DNA of 57,599 nucleotides. Origin: a virus (lineage: Duplodnaviria; Caudoviricetes). Location: the IMG/VR virus record IMGVR_UViG_3300048541_000085, positions 1 through 57,599 of that record. One strand, written 5' to 3'. This document shows positions 28,101 through 35,087 of the stretch, in pieces. The translations under genes were made by a program, and so were the position numbers. Below the pieces are notes generated by a model that did not search any database, had not been told where the DNA came from, and was given only the letters and a program-made list of their open reading frames with translations. Numbering within the stretch: position 1 is the first letter of the stretch; the number at the start of each line of letters is the position of its first letter.

Positions 28101-30744
28101 CGCCGCAGAAAGAATGGGTGCGCCCAAGCCTGTGCGAGAGTTTATAAACAAAACATCTAGGGGTGAGGCACTTACACCAAGTGATATAGAGGGTGTAAGC
28201 CGTTCGTACAAAGGAAATCTGCTTGGTGAAAACTCGGCTTTCTTCAGAAAGAATGGCGCGGCATGGATTGGAAACATACTAAAGCCATCCAATGGCGCGG
28301 GTCTTTTCCAGAAACATAACGCTGACCTAGCCAAGACACTTGGCCCAGTTCTTACAGCGTTGAGAAGCGTGCCCGATTACGGAAACTCCGCAAAGCGGTT
28401 CTTTGAAAAATCAAAAGGACTTGCGGCCCCACTAATGAAATCTGCAAGGCAGACGAAGCAACCAGCTTCGCATGACCGTATTATGCGTGCGTTGCGTCAA
28501 GACGATTTATCGTCTTTGTCTACTGGTGAGCGTGCAATAGCACAGCAACTTGCTGATGTGTTTGCGCAAGAACTGGTTGACCTGAAAGCGGCTGGGTACA
28601 ATGTTGGCGATGTCTTGCGGCTCGGCAAAAGATACTACATCCCACAAGCGTGGGACACTGGCATGATTAGGGACAACCCTCGTAGGTTCCTTAACATTAT
28701 GACAGATAGGTTTATCAAAGACAGACGGCAGGCTGGCATGCCAGCAGACCGTGCGCAGGCAGAGCTTGCGGCGAAGACTATGATGGAGCGCATGCTTGAC
28801 ACGGATGGTCGTATCGATACAGACCCAATCCTCAACAAGAAGATGCAGTCTGACCCATTCTATCAGCGTATGATTAACCTTGACCCAGAAGAAATCCCAG
28901 AATTTGAGGAGTTCTTGGTGAATGACCTTGAGGGTATTGTAACCCGGTACTTTGACAAAACTACCCGGAAGCTCGTCTTGGCAAGAGAGTTTGGCGTTCA
29001 GGGCCATGGCTTCATGAGCTACCGTGCAGTAGCAGAGGGTGGTATAGAAGCCGCCATCAGAGTTTTGCAAACCAGCAAGATTGTAAAAAGTGTGCGAAGA
29101 GATATGGAGGTTGAGGCTGAGGTTGAAGATGTGGTTATCCCACCTCTTCGCAAAACCGATGAAGAAATCAAATCGATACTCACACAAATTCAAACTATGG
29201 TCGGCGGAACTACCGCACAAAAAACGGCGCAAAAGCAAGCCGCAATAGACTATCTGTTTAACAGTGGCGACCTGTCCAACATGGACATTGGCATGAGAAA
29301 CAACTGGCGAAAGCGTTCAGAGGGAATTGTAAACGCTATCGCAGACTTCCCAATGCCAGCGCACGCAAGGTTGCTCAAACAAATGGACAAGATGTTCAAC
29401 GCAATAAACAAGCGTCCGATTGACGGAGGAGATGGTACAGAGCTTGTAGACAATGTTAGCCGAAAGGTTCGAGGCTTTAATGCAGTCACACTACTGGGGT
29501 GGACAACCCTTACGTCCGCACCTGACGCTGTATTGCCCCTAATCCGCAGTGGCAACTTTATGGCTTGGCAAAAAGGCATGAGACAAATCATGCAGAAAGA
29601 CCCATCATATAGGCAGGCGGCACGAGACATTGGTGTAGGCATTGAAAACCTAATCCACGACCGCATGACGCACATGTCTGGCGAGGGTTCACAAAGATTC
29701 ACAAACGCATTTTTCAATGCGACATTGCTAACGCCTTGGACTAACTTCATGCGAGAGGCATCCGCAATCGTTGGCTTCAATGCTATGAAAGCAGAGGCAG
29801 ACACTGCAAGACGGCTCGCACAACAGGGCAAGTTTGGAACCAGATACAAAACAGCAGTCAGGTTCTTGGCGAGATACGGTCTGGAAGATTATGCTGACCC
29901 TCAAGGGCCACAGCTTATGGATGTTACACAGCATGTGCGAGACGACAAGATACGTTACGCAATCATGAGGTTTACCTCTGAGACAATCTTTACTCCAGAC
30001 CCGAACGACATACCTTTGTGGTCACAGACACCTGTTGGAAAAATTGTATTCCAGTTGAAGTCTTTCCCAGTAATGATGCAACGCATGGTCTTCGGTGAAG
30101 GCGGTGTAATGTCTGAGGCGTTTGGCAAAAACACAGACGGAACATACAAAGGAAACTTTGGGCCGCTCCTAGCCTTGGTAACTGCGGGCTCCGCTTTCGG
30201 TGGCGGGTCTCTTGCGCTAAAGGATTTAGCACAGTCTCGTGGCGGTGATGACGATAGAAGCCGTGAGCTTCGCAACAGAAAGATTAGTGACACAATCTTT
30301 GCAGACATTGCCAAAGCCATGGGTGTAGACCCGAAGGACTACGCTGGCCGTCCAGACGAACTGGTAGGCTGGTGGCTTGAGGGTATTGTGGCTGTCGGTG
30401 GCCTCGGCTTCCTCGCAGAGCTTATGTACAACTCCGCAGAGCAACTGGACAACGGAGCATACGGAGCCACAAGAATAGCCAGTGGCATACTTGGCCCCGG
30501 CGTAGGCAACTTTATGGATGTTATAAATGTCGGTGCTGGAATCGAACAGGGTCTTCTTGGAGACGGAGACAGCGCAGGGAAGCAACGCCAAGCGGCAAGA
30601 ACTGTAGCTGGAAGAGTGCCAGTGTTGGGTGGTGTTCGTAGCTTCAGAGAAGGCGCGGCAGACTTGATGGGAGACCCAAGAAGCACGAGCAAGAACGGGC
30701 CAAAAGTAAAAGACCCATTAGCTAAATGGAAAAAAGATATATGA
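19180..30744 (+). CDS. Giant ejected polyvalent protein: two zincin metallopeptidase domains plus ADP-ribosyltransferase (ART-PolyVal-like)
   Basis: 3854 aa; HEIGH...QEFFA (24568), HEVGH...EEYF (26575), YHGT...GPGIY...Y...GYDS...EALVLFEPTQVK (27115-27954); hydrophobic Gly-rich termini; no Cys seen. Confidence 0.8.
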   Translation: MDNSKSRWSRKPVDVSRYQAKTAKQTGPLGYAQGLSKMEAVEMLSDSRFLQDVKDFYYQRDGRMFSSDEEAVEKFWSDRTWRNSNVLMTGVDAIASQGYTTEQKERLGRIQTVFDSNPNFWEDGGRGAEGFWANAGAMLLDPTNLIGFGIGGVGAKAAAKAATMAGRKATGYELAKAGFIRGGASEAVASGGIEAGADALVQNRDMSVGIQDEYSLGRTAMAGGIGATVGGGIGGVLGGLAPTVGRKASELTGIDKLDFIKSGEAEGRVELQRIEMENAAKAAQEEEAAQDVDGLFGEYDTQLRKNAENGQDVLSNVGLRPDVNISIEAGSGRYNTAEEFAEAVGVDLNSPDFAQVKDVFDQIKLRTEHQRMKSVPSEVANLRAQADKAQVNSARGDAAADPNKIDANITNAQGYRSRANSLEAAYDRYTTWLRSGAFRNDDVPPPDVRSAMDEVTGLLGREPETGVVPANPRDRGDGFTMRDDADADAVQQQRAARGLDDPTIPPSRQIPEAPPGPRNVSGDGFEAVVDTSEAAQTTAPRTAAEAELSNAKEMYDNTLAKRDEAHRAIKNLQAKARRGSIGEDETAELSDLIKTRAQLRKELKQSSVRVTAAENALSKLANDIVDDITDTPTQMVEEGAEAQLAEAAEGVLETDAPIAVERTLEDGAIETAKTEGETLAFLDALGFDKKKMRREVRALTNGVTRAEARVIRAQFATEKVNRLHAASYVQQAIDMIGGVDKPEVYIISAMRSVIKSLDMEPGVEELALDVYNDFVIDNAPSILNQVVEGIGLGRSVDDYFDFIRVNYGDELVDVLHRHMRGELDTLDRIETSRIDMPKISDFTPSEQKALKEAMDILQSDGRTQGWNKSAIQMFANQFIANLRQKKADGINPFRDGAHEGKSVESFGTITVNGKEYSGHKLGKTQSILSPAKKGKGDYKYYGQLISALKRDGVTMTGREAAYRAADEAKLETATNSMRRDPVKYNKKTVDGETVHEGINAEPVRKIDEARKALKGIDPTEDATEIRALLISEGVIPNVELAKSSFRPQEMELGDPISIKSNYPKNVTGYKALSGSKRTDGSVFVLRRAIPLTGEALKKTAAGKVRLDGPRVGRATIKVITPQGVKEIPNHEIIDGILYERILASPGQETETPSGFNTFSGGDKVFADPNSKRLFATAEDIPENQRGTTIEDLTQDLLAQRKLLTQSTDLEMKARDIENFRSSDRAQFEAKYREYRNAARELQKMKEAKAKPVQVLAMERAVQAKKKEIRTEYPEMWKDRKVIKKGLVELELANNAGKIDDMKKEVADLADEAGDAPTPEDKSVAKVAADKASQQYADANKVSLAYQDAVARFQEHGDARLLDEELAKIRMEASKVSHEKPKTKPRAKRMPMVVKHRGVEVDLENHFSFTGTEDEGFDLGFLGQKIGRIEKTEEGFEVISDDLDSTPVYDSFDLAKRGLVDDFEPRIKVAFREGKLMAADAPEEVSFHEPNHQNTNTYKNAKQTDAADEDDIAEKFLGSDERLNQSGADYSSQVPPGRKFAIGIKTGPFAGVARAPSTEEKLVGVVLSKQSEQEFVLGHVAEGTNGTKASNSFIPFDPEDSFESSTKGQVKKERKPRKNELLEQDPDLEDPAKQAVSLNKTRAMDLDQEDLPEDLQGKFKTVYDLHDEIVNLERLPWNSPQFASKQDYQRFVMHLRTLNGLLDQYAPHGIKLPNASRHASMRQLTAVMGERPVGEINAVMSVLRNLSEGDSRMPRFIQDPNAYSHRPANYANTAELNSISVAEDLTPDVIPGFAKTIHEIGHWAYFNVLTPAERSTFWDAMGKYITAEGVDMGMIKKRLPEIGGNELRSPQEFFAQQFTQFAISQKRAGETTSLMKLWTKVAEKVQKIMRAFFIEDADAIDADLMPIFERILPEDDGSVNKFMQVAKKYSEAGTRVGYPAQKLAVFEDIRLEIGRAIDTGNEDAIEDALRGFVREVYAYSGKPGNKTITNRNTGKKISRVRLFDAKQIGEAADGTKKHDFVNSHFVRQNLVQRMYAIQRHLAENPKKVLSEEDRLAEIDKLLASQNSDDFGELNRASMTSTVMEATAAVAEDASEGLVLLANDVLGSINEAQTELRRRIARSVGKTDTGAGVKITPEGKEVATQDSVKGNKFRKRAQKRKQSVAENAEQSVQDTLAKMEAAISGMPSKMSAPQSGAETPSLKGESVIGLLTRYKKTRADSPEKREIAQEVANRMAARPELTPLEELPMDLQTEYSDKFKKETMSLHEAIVGMQKAMDDGDLVKAHQYQSFVGAVYGTLEIPSMLRSVHKAIDTETSHNFGSQTENGVPSSAPQAVKNALGLITHRDKRVEYTGRTVLYRVLNLMGKAEKDLVNQTEFLTFAELQNIIGNVASEAPKSAKRAMEVMDESYGTYLGQEGANRNNALMNALRKHFRKIGTNISKQGAPLRLVASGAQNANTGTQIRTALHEVGHMLVRTKFDEPKMQQLRKFLDDKLDAGDETASKFVKNYGTEAAAEEYFVDEFAKWMAGRVSAQDAFGEANLQNGMMRIIKELGEMVAYVMNGLVRNKTMRQEFRSLTGYGDMFRVRKRVQKPTVQAVASTDSYSMPATLAPRYAQETLANMPDGQRISAREFVGAREGEDLMDFVYYHGTPNGRAFSRAENPDVVLEPSGNQSLYGPGIYVTKKQGVAEDYSVIGHRASFERMINEATDDPAKRAEGAELTSMLINAREEINTIQREMNSTQYSQQTLDRAKRITSGEIEDYSTDGFDYQLSQHQRRLTDKVMEEDALWKALEKATGVTRKPAVLPLLVRADETFNMDANTFYRFGEGTNSVNWLIDEMAKSGTIPTDGAMKVMQRIGTRDFSGEDLYEALVEGVREQGIGENDAKAEIAGFLKDLGYDSMRITEVNPNSSDMIEALVLFEPTQVKHVDAQTFDYENPEIYQLRLGEGGFLGELGEAIIDNPDVDIAQMRATILNAAERMGAPKPVREFINKTSRGEALTPSDIEGVSRSYKGNLLGENSAFFRKNGAAWIGNILKPSNGAGLFQKHNADLAKTLGPVLTALRSVPDYGNSAKRFFEKSKGLAAPLMKSARQTKQPASHDRIMRALRQDDLSSLSTGERAIAQQLADVFAQELVDLKAAGYNVGDVLRLGKRYYIPQAWDTGMIRDNPRRFLNIMTDRFIKDRRQAGMPADRAQAELAAKTMMERMLDTDGRIDTDPILNKKMQSDPFYQRMINLDPEEIPEFEEFLVNDLEGIVTRYFDKTTRKLVLAREFGVQGHGFMSYRAVAEGGIEAAIRVLQTSKIVKSVRRDMEVEAEVEDVVIPPLRKTDEEIKSILTQIQTMVGGTTAQKTAQKQAAIDYLFNSGDLSNMDIGMRNNWRKRSEGIVNAIADFPMPAHARLLKQMDKMFNAINKRPIDGGDGTELVDNVSRKVRGFNAVTLLGWTTLTSAPDAVLPLIRSGNFMAWQKGMRQIMQKDPSYRQAARDIGVGIENLIHDRMTHMSGEGSQRFTNAFFNATLLTPWTNFMREASAIVGFNAMKAEADTARRLAQQGKFGTRYKTAVRFLARYGLEDYADPQGPQLMDVTQHVRDDKIRYAIMRFTSETIFTPDPNDIPLWSQTPVGKIVFQLKSFPVMMQRMVFGEGGVMSEAFGKNTDGTYKGNFGPLLALVTAGSAFGGGSLALKDLAQSRGGDDDRSRELRNRKISDTIFADIAKAMGVDPKDYAGRPDELVGWWLEGIVAVGGLGFLAELMYNSAEQLDNGAYGATRIASGILGPGVGNFMDVINVGAGIEQGLLGDGDSAGKQRQAARTVAGRVPVLGGVRSFREGAADLMGDPRSTSKNGPKVKDPLAKWKKDI

Positions 30745-31133
30745 GCAAGTACGCAACAGAGTTCTTCACATACAATGAACTGAGATGCAGGGGCTGTGAC
30801 GGCTCCTGTTCTTGGTCTAGTAACGATAAGCCATTGTTCAATGTAGACGAAAGAGCTTTGGGCATGCTGTCAGAACTTCGCAAGCTCATAGGAAAACCAT
30901 TCACACCGAACTCATGCACGAGATGCCCGATACACAACGCTCGTGTAGGAGGGGCACCCAAGTCACAGCACAGGGCAACCTTTGACAAACCAGCATACGC
31001 CTTTGATGTGCCTCTGGTTGTGCCGAAAGAGGAAATAATCAAAGCCGCCGAAGAAGTTGGCTTCATGGGTATAGGCGGTAACTACAAAACATTTGTCCAC
31101 ATGGACGCAAGGTTGAGGAAAGCAAGATGGTAG
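30741..31133 (+). CDS. Endolysin, peptidase M15A family
   Basis: 130 aa from ATG 30741 (ATGA overlap); RCPIHNARVGGAPKSQH...AFD...FVHMDAR Zn-peptidase motifs. Confidence 0.88.
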   Translation: MSKYATEFFTYNELRCRGCDGSCSWSSNDKPLFNVDERALGMLSELRKLIGKPFTPNSCTRCPIHNARVGGAPKSQHRATFDKPAYAFDVPLVVPKEEIIKAAEEVGFMGIGGNYKTFVHMDARLRKARW

Positions 31134-31363
31134 ACAACATAATCCACTTCCCGTTGAGTCAGCAAGACGAACTAAAGATAGAGGTAAACTTTGATGTGGA
31201 ACCTTCAGAGGTTCTTCACGAAGCTGACAGCAACGAACTCGAAAGTGTTATCGTCTTGGGTTTCAAAGACGGACACTTCTACGGTACATCGAGTGAAAGC
31301 GACCCAGCCCAAGTAATAATGATGATGGAAAAAGCCAAAGCAATAATACTGGAGAGCCTGTAA
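31127..31363 (+). CDS. Hypothetical protein
   Basis: 78 aa acidic; GAGG RBS; coupled to neighbours. Confidence 0.7.
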   Translation: MVDNIIHFPLSQQDELKIEVNFDVEPSEVLHEADSNELESVIVLGFKDGHFYGTSSESDPAQVIMMMEKAKAIILESL

Positions 31364-31815
31364 TGGAAACAATTATGACTGCGCTGTTCGGCGGCGCAAC
31401 TGGAATCATTGGCACTGTAATCGGAAAGGCCGCTGGCTACTTCGAGAAGAAGCAAGAGATGGAGATTCTGAAGGAAAACAACAAGCACGAGCTTTCCCTC
31501 CAAGAAATGCAAATTAGCGCACGAGCTCAGGAGCTTGAGAGTGAGGCTGTTATTGCAGAGACGAAAGCGTTTTCAGAAATGCGCTCGGCATCGTATGACC
31601 ATGACGCATCCTACGGAAAGCCGTACAGGTGGGTCATAACTCTTCTCAGGTTGGTACGACCAATCCTGACAATCATGCTTATTATACTGACAGCAATATT
31701 GTTTTTTAACTTATCAGAAAATGGTCGAGACGAAATTGCGAGCCAAGTCATTTTTTTGACAGGCATGAGTATCTCTTGGTGGTTTGGTGACAGATATAAA
31801 GGAGGCGGAAAATGA
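31363..31815 (+). CDS. Putative holin (3-TM type)
   Basis: 150 aa; N-terminal hydrophobic segment, coiled coil, LVRP..T plus two C-terminal TM helices ending WWFGDR; next to the endolysin. Confidence 0.6.
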   Translation: METIMTALFGGATGIIGTVIGKAAGYFEKKQEMEILKENNKHELSLQEMQISARAQELESEAVIAETKAFSEMRSASYDHDASYGKPYRWVITLLRLVRPILTIMLIILTAILFFNLSENGRDEIASQVIFLTGMSISWWFGDRYKGGGK

Positions 31816-31982
31816 TGAAGGGCACAGGAAATGTGATGCCGAAAAACTCTCGGCCAACAGATTATGGTAAGGGTGGACGATACGGAAACATGATGGCTTC
31901 GTCTTGTCCATGCGTAGCAAAGAGGAAAGACAATGGCAAGTCGAACAAAAAAATCGAAATCATCGCCGTCAAAAGGGTCTAA
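31812..31982 (+). CDS. 56-aa basic hypothetical protein
   Basis: MMKGTGNVMPKNSRPTDYGKGGRYG...; ATGA coupling to the holin stop, GGAGG RBS. Confidence 0.5.
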   Translation: MMKGTGNVMPKNSRPTDYGKGGRYGNMMASSCPCVAKRKDNGKSNKKIEIIAVKRV

Positions 31983-32118
31983 AAAAGACGCTTGTTACCA
32001 TAAGGTGAAGTCTCGCTACAAGGTTTGGCCAAGTGCTTATGCTTCGGGAGCTTTGGTAAAGTGCCGGAAGGTTGGCGCAAAGAACTGGGGCAACAGTAAA
32101 AAGAAGGGTAAGAAATAA
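31933..32118 (+). CDS. Small Lys-rich protein
   Basis: 61 aa; KKDACYHKVKSRYKVWPSAYASGALVKCRK; GAGG RBS. Confidence 0.75.
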   Translation: MASRTKKSKSSPSKGSKKDACYHKVKSRYKVWPSAYASGALVKCRKVGAKNWGNSKKKGKK

Positions 32119-32288
32119 TGGCACGGACGAAGAAGGTTTGCGAAGAGCCAAGTGCGGCAGAAAGAATAATAGCACTGGCAACTGGCAAGAAGGCGACCCG
32201 CAAATGCAAGCGGGTCAGAGTGAAGAAAGAAGATGCCGAGAGTATTGCGTCTTCTATAAACTGGGGCAATCAACATAAAGGAACTTAG
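32118..32288 (+). CDS. 56-aa basic hypothetical protein
   Basis: MARTKKVCEEPSAAERIIALATGKKATRKCKRVRVKK...; TAATG coupling. Confidence 0.55.
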   Translation: MARTKKVCEEPSAAERIIALATGKKATRKCKRVRVKKEDAESIASSINWGNQHKGT

Positions 32289-32290
32289 TT

Positions 32291-32332
32291 ATGTACGGAA
32301 AGAAAAAAGGCAAGGGCGGTAAAAAGAAGTGA
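32291..32332 (+). CDS. 13-aa Lys/Gly micro-peptide MYGKKKGKGGKKK
   Basis: AAGGA RBS; stop overlaps the next GTG start. Confidence 0.45.
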   Translation: MYGKKKGKGGKKK

Positions 32333-32481
32333 CCGCAAAGAAAGACGAACAGGTTGCCAAGTTGTATGAGCAAGCCGCAAAGGATTGGGCTTCTGGAAAC
32401 AGGCTATCAAATAACCGAACGATGCACATTAACAGGTATGTGTTGAGGAACAGGAATAAAGGCAATGCCAAGAAAAAGTAG
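32329..32481 (+). CDS. 50-aa basic hypothetical protein
   Basis: GTG start in a GTGA overlap; MTAKKDEQVAKLYEQAAKDWASG... Confidence 0.45.
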   Translation: MTAKKDEQVAKLYEQAAKDWASGNRLSNNRTMHINRYVLRNRNKGNAKKK

Positions 32482-32677
32482 TTCCTCAGACAGCCTGAAA
32501 AAATGGTTCAGTCGAAACGGTGGGAAAGGTTGGATTGACTGCAAGACGGGGAAGCCGTGTGGTCGCCGTAAGGGCGAGAAGCGCAAAGGCTACCCCGCTT
32601 GCAGGCCAACCAAAGCTCAGTGCAACAGTTCTGCACGGAAGAAGAAAGGGCCGCAAAGGATTAGCTGGAAGAAGTAG
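32465..32677 (+). CDS. Small Lys/Arg-rich Cys-containing protein
   Basis: 70 aa; LKKWF...WIDCKTGKPCGR...YPACRP. Confidence 0.75.
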   Translation: MPRKSSSSDSLKKWFSRNGGKGWIDCKTGKPCGRRKGEKRKGYPACRPTKAQCNSSARKKKGPQRISWKK

Positions 32678-32686
32678 GAGGATTAA

Positions 32687-33145
32687 ATGGAACCGCTGAC
32701 TACCGCAGTCGCCGCTTTTAGCGCGGTAAAGGCGGGTATAAAAATAGGGAAAGACGCTCAGTCTCTTTTCAAGGATGTGGCGAAAGCGTGGGGTGCCATC
32801 GAGGCAGTAAAGAACAGCCACAACAAAGCAAAAAATTCTGTAAAAAATAAACTTATGTCAGTTGAAGAAGAAGCCATGGAAACTTTTGTGGCTAAAAAGC
32901 AGGCAGAGGATATGGAAAAACAGTTACGCGAGATTGTCTTGGCGACAAGGGGCATCGGCGGCTGGCAAGAACTGTTGCGTATGAGGGCTGAAGTTTCGCG
33001 AGAGCGCAAGGAGGCCGAAAGGCAGGCAAGACGAAAGGCCGAAGAACAACTAGAACACTTCCTGATTGGCATTGGGATTTTGTTTTGTGTGTTGCTGGTT
33101 GCTGGCCTTATATACTTCGTCATGTCAGCAAAGAATTTGGTATAG
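32687..33145 (+). CDS. Coiled-coil protein with C-terminal membrane anchor
   Basis: 152 aa; AGGAGG RBS; hydrophobic C-terminal helix. Confidence 0.8.
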   Translation: MEPLTTAVAAFSAVKAGIKIGKDAQSLFKDVAKAWGAIEAVKNSHNKAKNSVKNKLMSVEEEAMETFVAKKQAEDMEKQLREIVLATRGIGGWQELLRMRAEVSRERKEAERQARRKAEEQLEHFLIGIGILFCVLLVAGLIYFVMSAKNLV

Positions 33146-33640
33146 CTTTGCTGTCAGTTCCGCCGGGGAACCGTTATTTTGTACGGTGTAATCCACTTTG
33201 AAGTCTTGTTCTTCTGATATGTGCCCTGATTGCTGTATATCAGGGCGAACGATACGAATAACAAAACCGTCCATTTCACGAATAATCCGAGCTTCATTTT
33301 CGTACCGAATGTCATCGGTCACTACACCTATATTTAAGTTGAGGAGTTCTTGGGCTTGATGCGCCCACATGTTTACCCATACATCCTCACCGATTGTGTG
33401 TCGTCCCCACTCCGTGCCCAATGTTTGCATTGCATAACGTGGGGTTTTTCCACACAACAACTCACAAGGCTTCTCCTTCAGAGAGCCTTCAATGTGATTG
33501 TAATCAAGACCCACAGAACGCAACATCGTCTTGAGGGGGTCAGCCATCTTTAGCTTTTTGAAATCTGCCGTTGAACAAAGCCAGTCTGCGGCAAGTGTCT
33601 TTCCGCTACCGATAAGCCCCGTGAACCCTACAACATTCAT
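33125..33640 (-). CDS. Deoxynucleoside monophosphate kinase
   Basis: GFTGLIGSGKT P-loop, MADPLK, TPRYAMQTLGTEWGR, DDIRYENE, GHISE motifs. Confidence 0.92.
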   Translation of the reverse strand: MNVVGFTGLIGSGKTLAADWLCSTADFKKLKMADPLKTMLRSVGLDYNHIEGSLKEKPCELLCGKTPRYAMQTLGTEWGRHTIGEDVWVNMWAHQAQELLNLNIGVVTDDIRYENEARIIREMDGFVIRIVRPDIQQSGHISEEQDFKVDYTVQNNGSPAELTAKLYQILC

Positions 33641-33831
33641 AGCTTTCCCTTCTCTATCTCAAGTAACTCTGCTCTAACCTTCCGCAGTTTATCCTTGGCT
33701 TTCTTTAGTTCTATTTCCCAATCTTCTCTGTTATCGACATGAAAGCCACGGTCATACTCCCAACGAAGCTCTTCAATACGCTCCCTTATGGCAACAATCT
33801 GTGCCTTCAATTCGAGCGCAACTTCACTCAT
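33637..33831 (-). CDS. Small coiled-coil hypothetical protein
   Basis: 64 aa; coupled to neighbours; GAGG RBS. Confidence 0.65.
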   Translation of the reverse strand: MSEVALELKAQIVAIRERIEELRWEYDRGFHVDNREDWEIELKKAKDKLRKVRAELLEIEKGKL

Positions 33832-34258
33832 CGTCCTCTATCCCTTCCAGTATAAATTTGTCAGGCTGAATAAACATGACAGGTATGTGGTGCTTGCGAC
33901 AAAATTCTATTTCTCTTGTCACACCGATACTATTCTGCCAGCCATCAAGCATGAGAACCGCCATTCCGTGGGCGTGTGTAAGGTATGCGAAGTCCATCTG
34001 CAACCACTCCGTGGTGTTTATACACAACGGCCACCTAGAATTTTGTATTGCATGAGAGTGCGTGACAGGGCTGAAGACGTTCATGCCCATTACCATCATC
34101 ATGTGAGCGCATCGTGTAACTTGCTCATACCTTTTTTCCATTTCGTTTTCTTCAGCACTACCATTCAATGTATATGGTGAGGCTAAATATATTATGTTTT
34201 TGGGAGAGGCTTCCAGCGTTTCCAACTCAGGCACTCCTCTTGACATCCTTTCTCGCAT
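33824..34258 (-). CDS. DUF1937 / nucleoside 2-deoxyribosyltransferase-like protein
   Basis: IYLASPY, VFSPVTHSH, W...D, GW..S.GV..EI motifs; AGGAG RBS. Confidence 0.78.
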   Translation of the reverse strand: MRERMSRGVPELETLEASPKNIIYLASPYTLNGSAEENEMEKRYEQVTRCAHMMMVMGMNVFSPVTHSHAIQNSRWPLCINTTEWLQMDFAYLTHAHGMAVLMLDGWQNSIGVTREIEFCRKHHIPVMFIQPDKFILEGIEDDE

Positions 34259-34989
34259 ACAAAATCTCCTTCTTTATTTGGCATGGCATTTGCACATGTT
34301 CGTTTCGTCTTGGGCACTGGCTTGTCTTCCCAACAAGACTCCCGCTTGAAACATCCACGGCAACGCCAATCTGTTTCGTCTTTTGAAATTCTTTTGCAGT
34401 TGCCAGAAAGAATGTTTTCTACTCTTTGTGACAGAAAAGCATAGTAAATATCATCAAAATGTATCTCTTCTTCGGCATACTCACTCGTGTTCTTGTTGTA
34501 AGACACGAAGAAACACCTTTGTATTTTAGATAAGCCCATCATAAATTGAACTTGCGCATAGTAGTTTCGGTGTGAAACCTTTACGCCATCTTTTGCAAAG
34601 CTCTTGAACTTGTTGTCGTTCATAGACTTTATCTCTACCAGCCATATCTCTCCGTCTGGTGCCTCGTAAAGTCCGTCCGCATGACCTATTGCGTGGCCAC
34701 CAAAGCCAGTGTACTCCCACTGCCTTTTTGTCATGGGGTCTTTTTCCATGACGTTGATGCCAGCCAGCTTTAGGTCTCGGACAACATCATTCTCGATACG
34801 GTGTCCGTCTCGGAAAATTCTTTTGAGCCTTGGGTCGGGTGCGGTGTCTGTGTACCCGCGAAGGGCAAAGTGTACAGCCGCCTCGCACTCGTTACCTATG
34901 CCTGATGCGCCAATGTAAGAACGTGTTTTTTCTTTTTTCTTTTCGTTCCGCTGTGCCTCATCAAGGCGATAAACAAAATCAATGCCCAA
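34192..34989 (-). CDS. Cas4-like PD-(D/E)xK exonuclease
   Basis: YIGASGIGNEC, GHADG, LVEIKS, YAQVQ and C-terminal CRGC...C cluster; TTG start after GGAG. Confidence 0.85.
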   Translation of the reverse strand: MGIDFVYRLDEAQRNEKKKEKTRSYIGASGIGNECEAAVHFALRGYTDTAPDPRLKRIFRDGHRIENDVVRDLKLAGINVMEKDPMTKRQWEYTGFGGHAIGHADGLYEAPDGEIWLVEIKSMNDNKFKSFAKDGVKVSHRNYYAQVQFMMGLSKIQRCFFVSYNKNTSEYAEEEIHFDDIYYAFLSQRVENILSGNCKRISKDETDWRCRGCFKRESCWEDKPVPKTKRTCANAMPNKEGDFVCEKGCQEECLSWKRWKPLPKT

Positions 34990-35016
34990 TGTAAAACTCC
35001 GTAATTTATGGGGGGA

Positions 35017-35050
35017 TACGCTATAAGTAACTACTGTTACTTATAGCGTA
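35017..35050. repeat. Perfect 15-bp inverted repeat
   Basis: TACGCTATAAGTAAC-TACT-GTTACTTATAGCGTA. Confidence 0.9.
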
Positions 35051-35085
35051 AAAGGGCGAGGAAGGGAGTACCCCGCCCTCGTCTT
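35050..35085 (-). terminator. Probable terminator after the SSB gene
   Basis: GC-rich imperfect hairpin followed by TTTT on the minus strand. Confidence 0.5.
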
Positions 35086-35087
35086 GG

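Noticed and set aside
19353-30692. Long antisense ORFs (e.g. 19353-20081, 24987-25817, 28507-29238; also 46673-47530)
   Set aside because: They are shadows of long sense genes, with Ser/Phe/Leu-rich composition and no recognisable motifs.
19180-30744. Giant protein as an N4-like virion RNA polymerase
   Set aside because: Size and lack of Cys fit, but I found no single-subunit polymerase motifs or DxDGD; the recognisable motifs are peptidase and ART.
34176-34202. dif-like site GGTGAGGCTAA-ATATA-TTATGTTTTTG
   Set aside because: The spacer is 5 rather than 6 nt, the outer XerD arm is poor, and the sequence is explained by the KNIIYLASP codons on the minus strand.
34192-34989. CRISPR-Cas locus
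   Set aside because: Solo Cas4-like nuclease in a recombination operon; no repeat-spacer array or other cas genes seen.
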